Assembly: GCA_951406725.2 (NCBI GenBank)
Contig: OX597818.1
Location: 96,658,001-96,722,000 of the forward strand
Length of the DNA stretch: 64,000 bases
From: Octopus vulgaris
Lineage: Eukaryota
Direction: 5' to 3'
The notes beneath the pieces were generated by a model. That model had not been told where the DNA came from. It searched no databases and saw only the letters and a program-made list of their open reading frames with translations. A program made the position numbers and the translations under genes. Below, one piece after another: positions 39,641 to 51,748 of this stretch; the first letter of the stretch is position 1, and every line of letters starts with the position of its first letter.

Positions 39641-41559
39641 AAATGTTTCCCCGGCGCAGCATAGCAAGCGAACTTACTAACAGTGATTAACTAAGGAAAT
39701 ATATCACTGTGTTTTTATGATTCTGTGTAACACAATTTTTATCTGCACTTTTAAGTATGTAATGTTGTAACATAATAGGTGCAGTGTCGCTGAAGTGTCC
39801 CCTGCACGACCATGAAGTGCTGAGTTTGACCCCACAGCGGACAGATGACGTTTTCTGTAGCTGTGTAAGTGAAATTGGGTGGATGGAAACTGCACAGAAG
39901 CTAGTCTAAGGGATTATATTTGAGACTCAAAGGGTGCAGCCTCGTCCCATGTGTCACGCTGATTTTGCCTGAGAATCGCATTAAGCGTACACATAGCTGT
40001 GAAATACTCAGCCGCTTACAGGATCAGGTTATTCAGCGAGTCAGGCAGCTGCATCTTTATTGTTAATGACGGAGATCCGCCATTGTAATATTTATAATAC
40101 GTTTAGCATCGCGCCCAAAGGTTTTAATTGATCATATTGGTTCCAGTTCTGATTTCATTCTAGTATATTCCTCGAGCTATATCTATCGAACCTCAAATCC
40201 TAACTTCTATCACTTTCTGACACAACGCTGCTTAAATCAATAAGTATAAGTACACATACACACGCATACACACACACACACACGCACACGCACACACACA
40301 AACATATATGCGTATTTCATAGATTCTTCATCTGAGGTTCTTGAGTGAAGGTATGCACACAGTAACTTCATGACCCACCCACTACCTGCAGATATTAGGC
40401 CTATCCATTCCCATCGACACAAAAACAAGAGGCAAACACATTCAAAGAAACCCAAAACCCCTCCCCCAAGTCAAAAAAGATAAGGAAAAAGTGTAGAATT
40501 TACATGTTGCTTAGCGACGAACTGTTAAGGCATTCGGTGGAATGGGGCATAAAATGTATTGGAACTGCGGGGTATGATAACGTGGGGGAACATCACTTGT
40601 GTGTAATACCAGATAAGAAGCAGGACGAAAAAATACAAGAATATATGGTTGGATTTAATTTTGGGGAGGTGGACTGCAGCTGGAGCTTATTCCCAGACTT
40701 TATTACGTACGATAGGTGGTTAGAGGAAACATGTATCGGTGTGTTGGAAGGTTCAGGATTTAAAAGGTAGAAAATGAGGCTACTCGTAAGGGGGACGAGT
40801 GGTTCCATTTCCATTTTATCATATTCATGTCTTCATACATTATGATATTATTTTCTATTTTTTATATATTTTTTATGTCCCACATGTTTTGTCTTGTCAC
40901 CTCTGTTAGCCTGCATGGGTAATAAAAAAACAAATCACTTCATGCAAATGCATAAACAGAAATGAAAAACACAATCGTGTTCTATCGTAACATGCACACC
41001 CGCGGATGCAAGTTTATCCACATGCACACACACAAACACAACACACACATATATGTATGCATCAACTAATTTAGGTAACCATAAATTCCCAACAAAAAAA
41101 AAGGCATGCAAATTTGTTAGTGATAGGCTTAAACCCTGCCCAGGACAAAACTTAAAATAAGCCCCCCCCCCCATCAACCACCACCACCACCACTAAATAT
41201 ACATAAATATGCACATATATCGCGAACTTCTGAGAATTCTGCACATTGCAGTTATGAGATACTGGTCAAAACAACGCCACAACTGAAAAATCTTTCCTTA
41301 ATATGCCACTCATTGGAGTTGAACCCTAAACCACAACTTAACTATGCCTACATTGAATGTACTATATATGTACACAGTAGAGTTTAGTTGATCAATAAAC
41401 ACGATGGTAGCATTTGGAAAATTTTCCGTTCAACGTAAAATCATCAAACGAAAACCTGGCTGAAGAAAACAAAAACAGTTTTGCTTTATTCTGGTTTACA
41501 ACGAAGACAAAGTGAGTAATTAACAAGTAAGGACAGGAATAAATGTGTGCTTAAAGGTG

Positions 41560-41750
41560 CAGACGCACTCGTGAACTGACGCAGAAAGTGAGAGGGGGGG
41601 GAGGAAAAGACGTCAGAGTGAGGAAAAGCGGAAAGTACGTTCGTCTTCACACGTGAATTAAGCCAGTGACGAAAAAACGAGAAACTCCATCAACACATCA
41701 CTGCTCTGTTATGACTTCACTGTTGTCATGGAAACGGTTTTGACGTCATA
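41560..41750. promoter_or_regulatory. promoter/enhancer-like motif cluster (CRE, RFX X-box, E-box)
   Basis: TGACGCA 41577, GACGTCA 41609, CACGTG 41650-41655, TGACG 41667, GTTGTCATGGAAAC 41722-41735, TGACGTCA 41741-41748, all in non-repetitive, CpG-retaining sequence. Confidence 0.55.
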
Positions 41751-42484
41751 TTCTAGATCAATCAAACAATTTTGGCTTTCCAGCTTTTCGATATTCTTGC
41801 ATGGAAAATATATTAAACTAATTACTCTATGGTTTATGTGCGTAAATGCCTATATATGTACAGGAATGAATATATGTCTGTGTGCGTATGTATGCATGCA
41901 TGTATGTACACTATAATACCACAGAATATGGATGTATGAATATATTTATATGTACAGTAATATATGTTTATGCATGTTTATACATATATTATAAACCTTT
42001 ATGTTTATATATACGTGTGTATGTGTGTGTTTATATCTATAATCTGTTCATGTATGCTTAGGCATATATGTGTACGTATGTATATTATATTGCTGTGTAT
42101 AGAGAGTATATTCATATAATATACAAATACATTCATATAACATATATACAACATTACATATAGTAGACTATATTACACATACCATGCGATATTTATTATA
42201 TAATATATATTCTATCTTTTACCAGTTTCAGATTGCGGTTATGCTAGGGCACTGCCTCGAAGAATAATTCAATCGAATGAATCGAACACAGTACTTATGT
42301 ATTTAAGCCTGGTACTTATTCTATCGGTCACAACTAAGTTACGGGGATGTAAACACACCAACACCGGCTGCCAAGCAGTGGTGGGGCACAAGCATACACA
42401 CAATGACTCACACGTATATATATGTGTGTGTGCGTGTGTGTGTGTATGTATAGAAATTTAAATAAGATACCAATATTATCAAAG

Positions 42485-42502
42485 CTAATAATAATAATAA
42501 TG

Positions 42503-42558
<56 letters not shown>
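42485..42558. repeat. (AAT)n microsatellite
   Basis: Directly visible. Confidence 0.98.
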
Positions 42559-42559
<1 letters not shown>

Positions 42560-42703
42560 GGTAAATTATTCATAAAAATTAGGGCACAAAATTACCTGCT
42601 ATGCTAGAAAGGAGAGTCAACTCTCCAAAGCCACATATCCCTCACTATAAATAAACACGCTCAGTTAATGTAGCGAATATAAGAAAAAAATAGTCCTTAC
42701 TTT

Positions 42704-42877
42704 TGCAAAAGTACAAAGAATAGTACAGACATGTCATTATCAAATGATTTCACCTTCTGTGCTATAAGAACTTAGGATCATCAGCTGATCTTATTGCGTG
42801 TGATCCTAAGTGCTTATAGCACCAAAAGTGAAACCAATTGTTACTGACATGTCTGCACTTTTCTTTGTACTTTTGCA
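42704..42877. repeat. ~77-bp-arm inverted repeat containing a hammerhead motif
   Basis: Outer arms TGCAAAAGTACAAAGAATAGTACAGACATGTCA vs the reverse complement TGCAAAAGTACAAAGAAAAGTGCAGACATGTCA (31/33). Inner arms 42759-42780 and 42801-42822 match 21/22. Spacer is 20 nt. Confidence 0.9.
42733..42788 (-). ncRNA. type I hammerhead motif in the left arm of the fold-back
   Basis: Minus strand: TCAG CTGATGA TCCTAAGTTCTTATAGCACAGAAGGT GAAA TCATTTGAT A ATGAC. The right arm retains GTGCT-TAT-AGCAC, GAAA CCAATTGTT A CTGA. Confidence 0.6.
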
Positions 42878-43791
42878 TCGACCACCCCTCCCACTCTCTC
42901 ACCACTTCCGCCTTCTTTAAACCCACGGATTCCCACCTCTATCTCAACTTCTCCTCCTCCCACCCCTTCCACACCAAACGGGCCATCCCTTACTCCCAGT
43001 TCCTCCACTTCCGACGCTTGTGCATCCGCGACCAGGATTTCGAGACCCAATCTCAATACCTGGCCCGCCTGTTCAGGCACCGAGGATACCCACCTATACT
43101 AGTCTCAAATGCCCTCGCCCGCGCTCGTCGCATCGACCGCACCACCGCCCTTTCTCCTTCCTCTCACACACCCCCAACCGCACCCCCATTCCCCTCCTTT
43201 TCCACCCCTCTACTCTACCCCTTCGTCGGAAGATATTACGTGCCTTCCGTCGCCTCCAACTCGATCTCACGACCCGCCCCATTTTCCCCAACCAGCCCCT
43301 GTCCTCCTTCAAACGAGCCCGGATCTACGCGACCTCCTGGTCCATAGCACCCTCTCTTCTTCCCCCTCAGCCCCACACGGATCATTCCCGTGCTCTAGAT
43401 CCCGCTGCAACACCTGCCCCTTCATCACCAACACCACTGCTGTCACCGGCTCCAACCAGCGAACTGTACGTATCAGACATTCTTTTACGTGCACTTCGTC
43501 TGGCCTCATATACTGTATTAAATGCAACCTCTGTGGAATGCTGTATATAGGACAGACGGGACGCCGTTTGTCAGACCGATTCGCCGAACATCTGAGGGAT
43601 GTTCGCCTACGGTCCTTTTCTCCCGTCGCACGTCACTTCCGCTCGGCTAGCCATTCCCCCGATGACATCTCTGTGTTTGTCTCGCCCCACACAACGGTCT
43701 TCCACAATCCAGGCTCCACTTGGAGCAACGTTTCATCTTCACTCTACAAACCAATACCCCACACGGACTCAACACAGTCCCCTCCTCTTAG
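42878..43791 (+). pseudogene. 5'-truncated Penelope-like element ORF: RT thumb, Cys-rich linker and GIY-YIG endonuclease (Neptune-like), frameshifted
   Basis: FFKPTDSHLYLNFSSSHPFHTKRAIPYSQFLHFRRLC...RGYP; PCSRSRCNTCPFI; FTCTSSGLIYCIKCNLCGMLYIGQTGRRLSDRFAEH; C-terminal RLHLEQRFIFTLQTNTPHGLN, stop TAG 43789-43791. Confidence 0.9.
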
Positions 43792-43849
43792 AGACTGCGC
43801 TCCACCTCTCTTTCTCCCCACTCTCATTTTTTTAAAAATCCTTATACAG

Positions 43850-44313
43850 AAACACACACACGCATACCCACGTATCCACGAACACGCCCCACATACCTAC
43901 TTCCAACACACCTACCTCCAACACACCACACACATACAACCTACACGCACTTGTACGCACACATACTTCGACACCTATACAAACTCCCACACACACCCAC
44001 GCGCACACACACATGCCTGTGCACACACACCAACAAAACAATACCCATACAGATACGCACACCTTTATAAACACCCAGTAGAGACACACGCACGTCACGC
44101 GCATGTACATTACGCCCACACAACCCCAGAGGAAACCCCACGCACACACGCATACATTCACACACACACACACACACACATACATACGTACACACACATA
44201 CATACATACATTCACACATTTATTCACACATACATACATACATACATACATACAGACACAAACAAACAAACATACAAATACACACACACATACATACATA
44301 CACACATACATAC

Positions 44314-44362
<49 letters not shown>

Positions 44363-45164
44363 TACATACATACATACATACACACACACACATACATACA
44401 TACACACATACATACACACACACATACGCACATACACATACACACATACACACACACACACATACGTACATACATACTTACATACATACATACACACACA
44501 CACATGCACACATACACGCATGCACACATACATGCATACACACGCACTTGCTTACACGCATGCACACACATACATATATTTGTATCCAGGCGCACGCTAT
44601 TTAGTTGAGGGATTGATGGAGTTCGGGTTTTTTTGGTGTGGGTGTCTGTGGGAACGCGGGCGCGCGCGCGCGTTGGCGCGTGCCTGATATGCAGCCGGCC
44701 CCATATGCGTGCGTTTTGTGTGTGTGTGTGTGTGTGTTGTCTGTGTGTGTGTGCGTGTGTGTGTGTATACATACACACATACATGCATGCATGCACGCGC
44801 GCACACATACATACCTACATACATACACGCACACACACTTACACACACTTACACACATACACACATACATACATATACACACACACATACACACACATAC
44901 ACACACATACATACATACACAAGACATACATACATATAGACATACACCCATAAACTCACACATACATACATACATACACACACACATACATACATACACA
45001 CCCACATACACACGCACACGCATACATACACACACACACGCATACATACATACATTACGCCCACACAACTCCAGAGGAAACCCCACGCACACACGCATAC
45101 ATTCACACACACACACACATACGTACACACACAAATACATACATTCATACTTTCATTCATACAT

Positions 45165-45195
<31 letters not shown>

Positions 45196-46560
45196 TACAC
45201 ACACATACACACACATACATACATACACACATACATACACACATACATATATACACACACGCATACACACATACATACACACACATACATACACGCACAC
45301 ATATACGCACATACACATATACATACACACATTCATACACACACACATACATACGCACATGCCTGCATACATACATATATACACACACACAGATACACAC
45401 ATACACGCATGCACACATACATACATATATACACACACACATACACGCATGCACACATACATACATACACACACACACATACATACATACACACACACAC
45501 ACACACTTACACACATACACACATACATTCATACATACAGACATACACACAGACATACACACATACACACTCACACATACATACATACATACACACACAC
45601 ACCTACATACACACTCGCATGCATACGCGTACACATGCATGCGCGCGCGCACACACATACATACATGCATGCACGCATGCCTGTGGGGTCTGGCTTTATT
45701 TCGGGCGTACGTCTGGGCGTGTGCATGTGTGCCTGTAGATTCGCATGCGCCCGCACCGCAAAAGTCTTTTCCATCAATCTTTCGGTTGCGAAGTGTGTCC
45801 TTGCATGCATATATATACACACATATAAACATATAAACACACATATAAACCCCTACATTTGTACACACACGCACATACATACATACATTCACTCCCACGC
45901 ACGTACACACACACATTTACATATATATACAATACACGCACACACACATACAAACGTACAAACACACTAATTTACATACACACCGACACATATACATACA
46001 CACAACATATACCTCCACGCGCACGCACACATGGACATACGTACACACATATAAGCACAGACACACACATACATACGCACACCAAAACATGCGCACACAT
46101 ACGCACGCACACGCGCAAAAAGAAACTCACAACCACACGGATACACGCATATACATCCATTTACGCTTACACACACACACATACAAGCACACACATACAC
46201 GCACACACAACTACACGCACATCCATACACACGCACACGCACACACATACATACACGCACACAATTATACATACGTATATATATACACACACGCACGTAC
46301 AAACACACACGCACACATACAGTAAGTTAAGCACAGTTACTCGCCATACACACAAAAAAACGCACACGTACACACACACATGCTACAACAAAACACACAC
46401 ATGATACATATACATGCACACACACATACCTCCCTGTTTGACCTGCCTTTCTGACTTGCTAGGGTACCCCCACACCACTCCTTAATTCTACTACTGCCTA
46501 CTACTAGCCATTGTCCACCATACACACTCACACACACACACGCACACACTCACACACACA
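43850..46560. repeat. 2.7-kb degenerate CA/CATA/CACG array
   Basis: Directly visible; contains an internal duplication (44108-44235 vs 45053-45170) and reversed GT-rich islands. Confidence 0.95.
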
Positions 46561-46732
46561 CTTGTCATCTCGCACACCTTTTTTACCATTCCTTCTTTGA
46601 TATAGCTCTCTTGTTTTTAAAAACATTTTCCTCCATGTTTACCACTTCCGTCTTTTTAGCATGTGACCTCGTGAATACCACCTGCAATTTTTTTCGTCTG
46701 TCCTCCCGTCTCGGGATCTTTCTTTGTCCTAT

Positions 46733-46767
46733 GTTTCCGACGAAGAGCTCCGCTCAAAACGTCAACC
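46733..46767 (+). ncRNA. degenerate hammerhead motif in the presumed Penelope-like terminal repeat (46560-46862)
   Basis: CCGACGA A GAGC TCC GCTC AAAA CGT C AA: U4C and G12A relative to the consensus. Confidence 0.5.
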
Positions 46768-46859
46768 CCTTCTTCTTCCCTTCTTTCCTGAGCGTCCAAT
46801 AATACATTATTTGTTCCACATCCTTGCGTTGTTGTCTTTTTGTTTTCTTGTTTGGATTA

Positions 46860-46952
<93 letters not shown>

Positions 46953-47105
46953 GTATATATATATGTATGTATATATATATATATATGCATGTGCATATAC
47001 ATGTGTATATATATACTTTGATACTTTGATACTTTGATAGGTTTCGGCCATTATTGGCCCAGGCCATGTCTAACTTAATAGCACCACCTGGTGAAGTCTT
47101 TCAAG

Positions 47106-50100
47106 TCAGAATTTGGGCACTATGGCCCACTCAAGTAGAGAGTTATTGTTTACAGAGACATATCCGGGTGTAGGGGGTTTATCCGGGATTTCTTGAAGGA
47201 ATCTGTCCAAAGACTTCTTGAACCCTATAGGGTCAGTTTCTGTTTTAATGTGTTTTGGTGTAATGTTAAAGAGAGCGGGGCCAATTGAGGTGAAATAATT
47301 GTGCCGTATTGTTGTTATGAGATGAGAGTGCGATTTTTGTTTTGGGCGGATGGCACGGGGCCCAAGCCTTGGATGTACCTTAAAGGTGATGCCAACATCA
47401 TTTGGGCAATGCTGATGGAATATTTTCCACATCATGCAGATGATGTAGCGCTCACGACGACGTTGGAGAGAATAGAGTTTTAGCTTTTCTAGTCGACCCC
47501 AATAGTCGAGGCCTGTCATGCCATCTATCTTTTTTGTGATTGCCCTTTGAGGTGCTTCGACTTTTTTGATACCTTGTATTGTGTGGGGAGACCACAGTGG
47601 ACAACAGTATTCAAGGTGGGGTCGGGCAAAAGTGGAGAAGAGAAGGATAATGGTGTGGATATCTCTCGACTGGAAAGTTCTGAGAATCCAGGAACACATT
47701 CTGCGGGCCATGTCAACTTTGGTGTTTATATGAGTGGCCCAGCTTACGTTGTTGTCCACAATTACTCCCAAGTCTCTGATGTTGTTGGACGCCGCGAGAG
47801 TTTCACCTGAAGGAAGGGAGTATGGGAGTTTCAGGGCATCCTCTTTTCCAAAGTGGATTAGCTCAAATTTATCCTCGTTCAGCAGCATATTGTTTTTTTC
47901 TGCCCATTGGATAACAGCCAGTAGATCTGACTGAAGGCATGTCCGGTCACTCGCCTCATTTATGACCTTCTGTAGCTTGGAGTCATCTGCAAAGATTTTT
48001 ATGTTGCTGTGCTTGATGATGTCATTAATGTCATTAATGTAAATGATGAAAAGAAGTGGGCCCAGCACAGTGCCTTGCGGAACGCCACTACTGACTTTGG
48101 CTGGGCTTGATTTTACCCCTTCAACTACAACATGTTGAGATCTGTCTGTCAGGAAACACTTAATCCATTTCAGTAACTTTCCAGAGACACCAATGTTGGA
48201 TAGTTTTTTCAATAGGATCTTGTGATCGACCCTGTCGAAGGCCTTACTGAAATCAAGGTAGATGACATCGGTGTTGGAGCCCTCTCCCAAAGCTCTCAAA
48301 ATGTCCTCAAAGTGATGCAGGAGCTGCGTTAGGCAGTCCCTTCCATTACGGAACCCATGTTGGTTGGAGATCAGCCGTCTGTTGCTTTCCAGAAATTGGG
48401 TTATTTGAGATCTCACCACCCTCTCAAATACCTTGATGATATGAGAGGTGAGTGAGATCGGACGGTAATTCACTGCAAGGGACTTGTTTCCCTTTTTGAA
48501 AACTGGGACAACAGACTGGGACAGAAGGTTTTTTGGAATATAGCCAGCATCCAGTGAGTTTCTCCACAGATTAGCAAGGGGAGATGCAAGTTGGTGTCGA
48601 CACACCTTCAGGACACAAGCAGGGAACCTATCGGGGCCTACTGCTGAATTGTGTTTTATTTCGTTTATCGCCGCTAAGACATCAGGGGCACTAAACGTTA
48701 TGTCCGATATAGTGTGTTGGGGGTTGACATCACTGATACAGCCCAGATCGGCCATATCAGGATTGCTGAAAACAGAGCAGTATTGTTTCTGCAGTATCTC
48801 GGCCATGGATTTGGCATTATCTTGGAGAGTGCCAGTTTCGTCAATTAGAGGGCCTACAGTGGAGACAGTGACCCTGCGTTTCCTCGCAAATGAAAAGAAC
48901 ACTTTGGGGTTGAGTTTGATTTTTTCAATGGCCCACTTCTCCTCAGCTGATCTTTGGTTATTGATGAGGGACTTCATGCATTGTTGGAGGTTTTATTTTT
49001 GGATTCAAGCAGTGCGATAGCCGTCGAATGTGTGTGTTGCTGTTGGCAGTACTTTAGTTTGTTAATTTTTTTGTTTGTTCTTTTTATTTTTCTGATAATG
49101 GTTTTTCTGTTTTGGGGGATTCTGCACTTTTTGTTCACAGGTCTTGGTGGGGAGTGTTTTGCACATATGTCTGTGACGGTGTCTACAAAGATCTGCCAAG
49201 ATGTTTTATGGTTGGTGGAGATGTGTGTATGTGTAAAGGACCAGTCAACATTTGATAGCTCGTTCCTGATTGCATCCCAGTTGGCTTTATGGAGATCCAT
49301 GTTGTCAAATGGGTGGGCTGGAGGAAGGTCACTAGGATTAGCTTTCGGCTGGTGGAATTTCATGTTACAGAGAACCATGTCATGGTCTGAAAGAAGGGTT
49401 TTTTCCACTGTAACGTTATGTATAGTGTTAGTGTGGTTACTAAACACTAGGTCCAAAATGTTCTGATGTCTTGTTGGTGCAAGGACAAGTTGGGACAAGA
49501 AAAACTCATTCGTAAAGTCGAAAAGTGACTCTGCTGCTTCTTTGTCAGCGGTTGAGGCGGGAGTGCTTGGTTTCAAACAGTTTGTAGTCCAGTCAACACA
49601 GGGTAGATTGAAGTCTCCCATCATGAGTATGTTGCTAGAATGGCACTGTTGAATAAAGCACTTAATGCTGTTGAGGCATTCTTTAAAGCACAGTATGGGT
49701 GTTTGGGGCGGCCTATAGAGCCCAATTACTGTCAGATCATTGGCTTTGTTGTGCACGGTGACTGATTCACAGTAGCCGTTGGAGAATATACTATTTCCAT
49801 CTGCCGTAAATGAATCATGCAGGAAAATGGCAGTTCCACCCTTCCTCCTGCCGATACGATCCGCGCGGATGGTTGTGAAATTCTTCACTCTCACTTCGGC
49901 TTCCAAGTGGGAGTTGTCAAGGTGGGTCTCAGTGAGAATGAAGAAAGGGATGTGGTGTGAATGGTTACCAACCCAGTCTTCAATGAATTGGACCTTCCAT
50001 TTTTGTGCATTGATGGAAGGGCTGACACCTTGTGCATTGAGTAGGAATGTGGAGGTTAGTGTAGTGGCTGGTTTTGACTGTTGCAGGGGGCTTGGATTTT

Positions 50101-50140
50101 TTGTGTGTGTTAGTGGCAGCAATGTGGGGAATTGGTGCAC
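47106..50140 (-). CDS. LINE ORF2 (APE endonuclease + reverse transcriptase), split by one frameshift near 48991-48994
   Basis: APE motifs LNAQG, ILTETHL, GLYRPP, MGDFNLP, ILDLVF, SDH. RT motifs NYRPISLTS, YLDFSKAFDRVDH, GVPQGTVLGPLLF, FADD, RPHLEYC. Confidence 0.92.
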
Positions 50141-51339
50141 TGGGGTAATAGCATAGGATGGTGTTGAGTGATGGCTAGAATGTTTTTGTGTATCTCTTTT
50201 GCCATGTTCAACATGGCTAAAAAAGAATTTTCCTGCTTAGGGAGCAGTTTTTGGCTGGAGGTGTGGTTGCACTGTTGGATAGGGTTGTAGTTTCCACTTT
50301 TGTTGTTGTTGTTTTTGTGTCTTCCTGAAAAGACTGGACCAGCATTACTGCAGCATGGTGTGTTTCTATTTTTATTGTTATTCAGGTTTGTGTGTTGGCT
50401 TGAGGCCCCATTTCTGTTTGTGCGTCGGGTCCCTGGAAGATGAGTGAAGGGACAGTCACTCAGTAGACATGTTCTCTCACGTTGGGAATACCGGCAGATT
50501 TTGGGACTCCGAGTTGTGTGTGTTTTGAATTTCGATTTACTATTTGGTGGTGTTGATGTTATTGTGGGATGCGTGCTTTGGCCTTGGCCAGTAGTGCGTC
50601 TAGTGCCGGGTAGATGCGTGAAGATGCAGTCACTATTTGTGCAGAGTCTCTGGCGCAGTGAATAGCGGCATATTTGGGGATTTCTTGTTTGTGCCGTGGG
50701 GGGCGCATTCTGCTTCCTATGTTTCTTTAAGTTTTTGTTACTGCAGTAGTATTGAGGTGGTGATGTGGGGGAAGAGGGCAGTGGTTTCTTATTTGGTTTT
50801 CTGTTGGTATTTTTGGTGATAGAAGACGATGGTGGCAGCGGTGGTGATGATGATGATGATAATTGTGGTGGTTGCTGTGAGAGCGGTGAAAAGATACTGG
50901 CATTTAGTGAATCGTCTAGTAAGCTAGAGTTGAGGAGTGGCTGTTGTTGTTCTTGTTGCTGTGGCTGTTGTTGTTGTTGTTGTGACTGACCGATGTCAGG
51001 GTCAGCCATTGTGTTGGGAACCAGGAGTGGCTCATTCTGTTGTTGTTGTTGTTGTGGCTGCTGATTTTCTAGCTGTTGTTGTTCTTGAACTGTGAAAATA
51101 TGTAGAAGCTTTTCATAATGGCCTCTTATCAGTTTGAAAGATACTTCGATATGTTTCAACTTGCTACGAATCTGTTTGACGGATCGTGTGTTGACCACTT
51201 GTGATGTTTTTTCGGCAATCTCATTCAAACACAAGACATTTAGATTTTCTGTTTGGGAAAGAGAGAGCCATGTGTTTATTAAAACATCAATTTCGTTATC
51301 AGACCAATTTCGTCTGTTGCAGGCCTGCAAGTTAGTCAT
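50110..51339 (-). CDS. LINE ORF1, 409 aa: Myb/SANT-like N-terminus, polyQ, two CCCH-type fingers
   Basis: Open 409-aa frame overlapping ORF2 by 31 nt. RRNWSDNEIDVLINTW...RSVKQIRSKLK at the N-terminus. C-x8-C-x4-C-x3-H at 50614-50670 and 50440-50496. Confidence 0.8.
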   Translation of the reverse strand: MTNLQACNRRNWSDNEIDVLINTWLSLSQTENLNVLCLNEIAEKTSQVVNTRSVKQIRSKLKHIEVSFKLIRGHYEKLLHIFTVQEQQQLENQQPQQQQQQNEPLLVPNTMADPDIGQSQQQQQQPQQQEQQQPLLNSSLLDDSLNASIFSPLSQQPPQLSSSSSPPLPPSSSITKNTNRKPNKKPLPSSPTSPPQYYCSNKNLKKHRKQNAPPTAQTRNPQICRYSLRQRLCTNSDCIFTHLPGTRRTTGQGQSTHPTITSTPPNSKSKFKTHTTRSPKICRYSQRERTCLLSDCPFTHLPGTRRTNRNGASSQHTNLNNNKNRNTPCCSNAGPVFSGRHKNNNNKSGNYNPIQQCNHTSSQKLLPKQENSFLAMLNMAKEIHKNILAITQHHPMLLPQCTNSPHCCH

Positions 51340-51668
51340 GTTTGTTTTTCTTTTGTTTGTTTTCCTTTTGATTTTTGAAAATATATATATTCTTTCTTGG
51401 GAGTTAAAGAAGTGTATATATATATAAATGTTCTCTCTTAAGGGTGTGAGTTTTTGATTATTTGGTTGTTTGAGGATATTAAAAGAAAAACAGGTGTATA
51501 TATATATAACAATTTGTAGTTAAATGAAAACGTACTTACGGGTTTGTAGGCAAACACGTGGTTACAAATATATATATATTTTTAAGGTCAGTTAGTTTTG
51601 AAGCTGTGTAGCTTGCTACTGACTCGGGAGAGAAACAAATAGACGTCCGTCCAGTTCAACAGTTAATC

Positions 51669-51671
<3 letters not shown>

Positions 51672-51713
<42 letters not shown>

Positions 51714-51714
51714 G

Positions 51715-51748
<34 letters not shown>

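Larger units (their letters stand above)
47015..51670 (-). mobile_element. CR1-group LINE, near full length
   Basis: 5' UTR, ORF1, APE-RT ORF2, short 3' UTR and an (ATCAAAGT)3 tail at 47015-47038; duplicated flanks. Confidence 0.9.

Noticed and set aside
40504-40814. Short ORFs on both strands as an exon or Penelope fragment
   Set aside because: No recognisable motifs or supported splice sites.
43109-44608. 499-aa ORF as a single protein
   Set aside because: Only the GIY-YIG part (about 43320-43680) is meaningful. The true C-terminus is in another frame and the rest is read-through into the CA array.
47040-47065. GGCC-AATAAT-GGCC-GAAAC in the LINE 3' UTR as a hammerhead
   Set aside because: No CUGANGA upstream; more simply the LINE 3' recognition hairpin.
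48649-51427. Plus-strand ORFs overlapping the LINE, and minus-strand ORFs within the Dong element
   Set aside because: Antisense shadows of the real coding frames.
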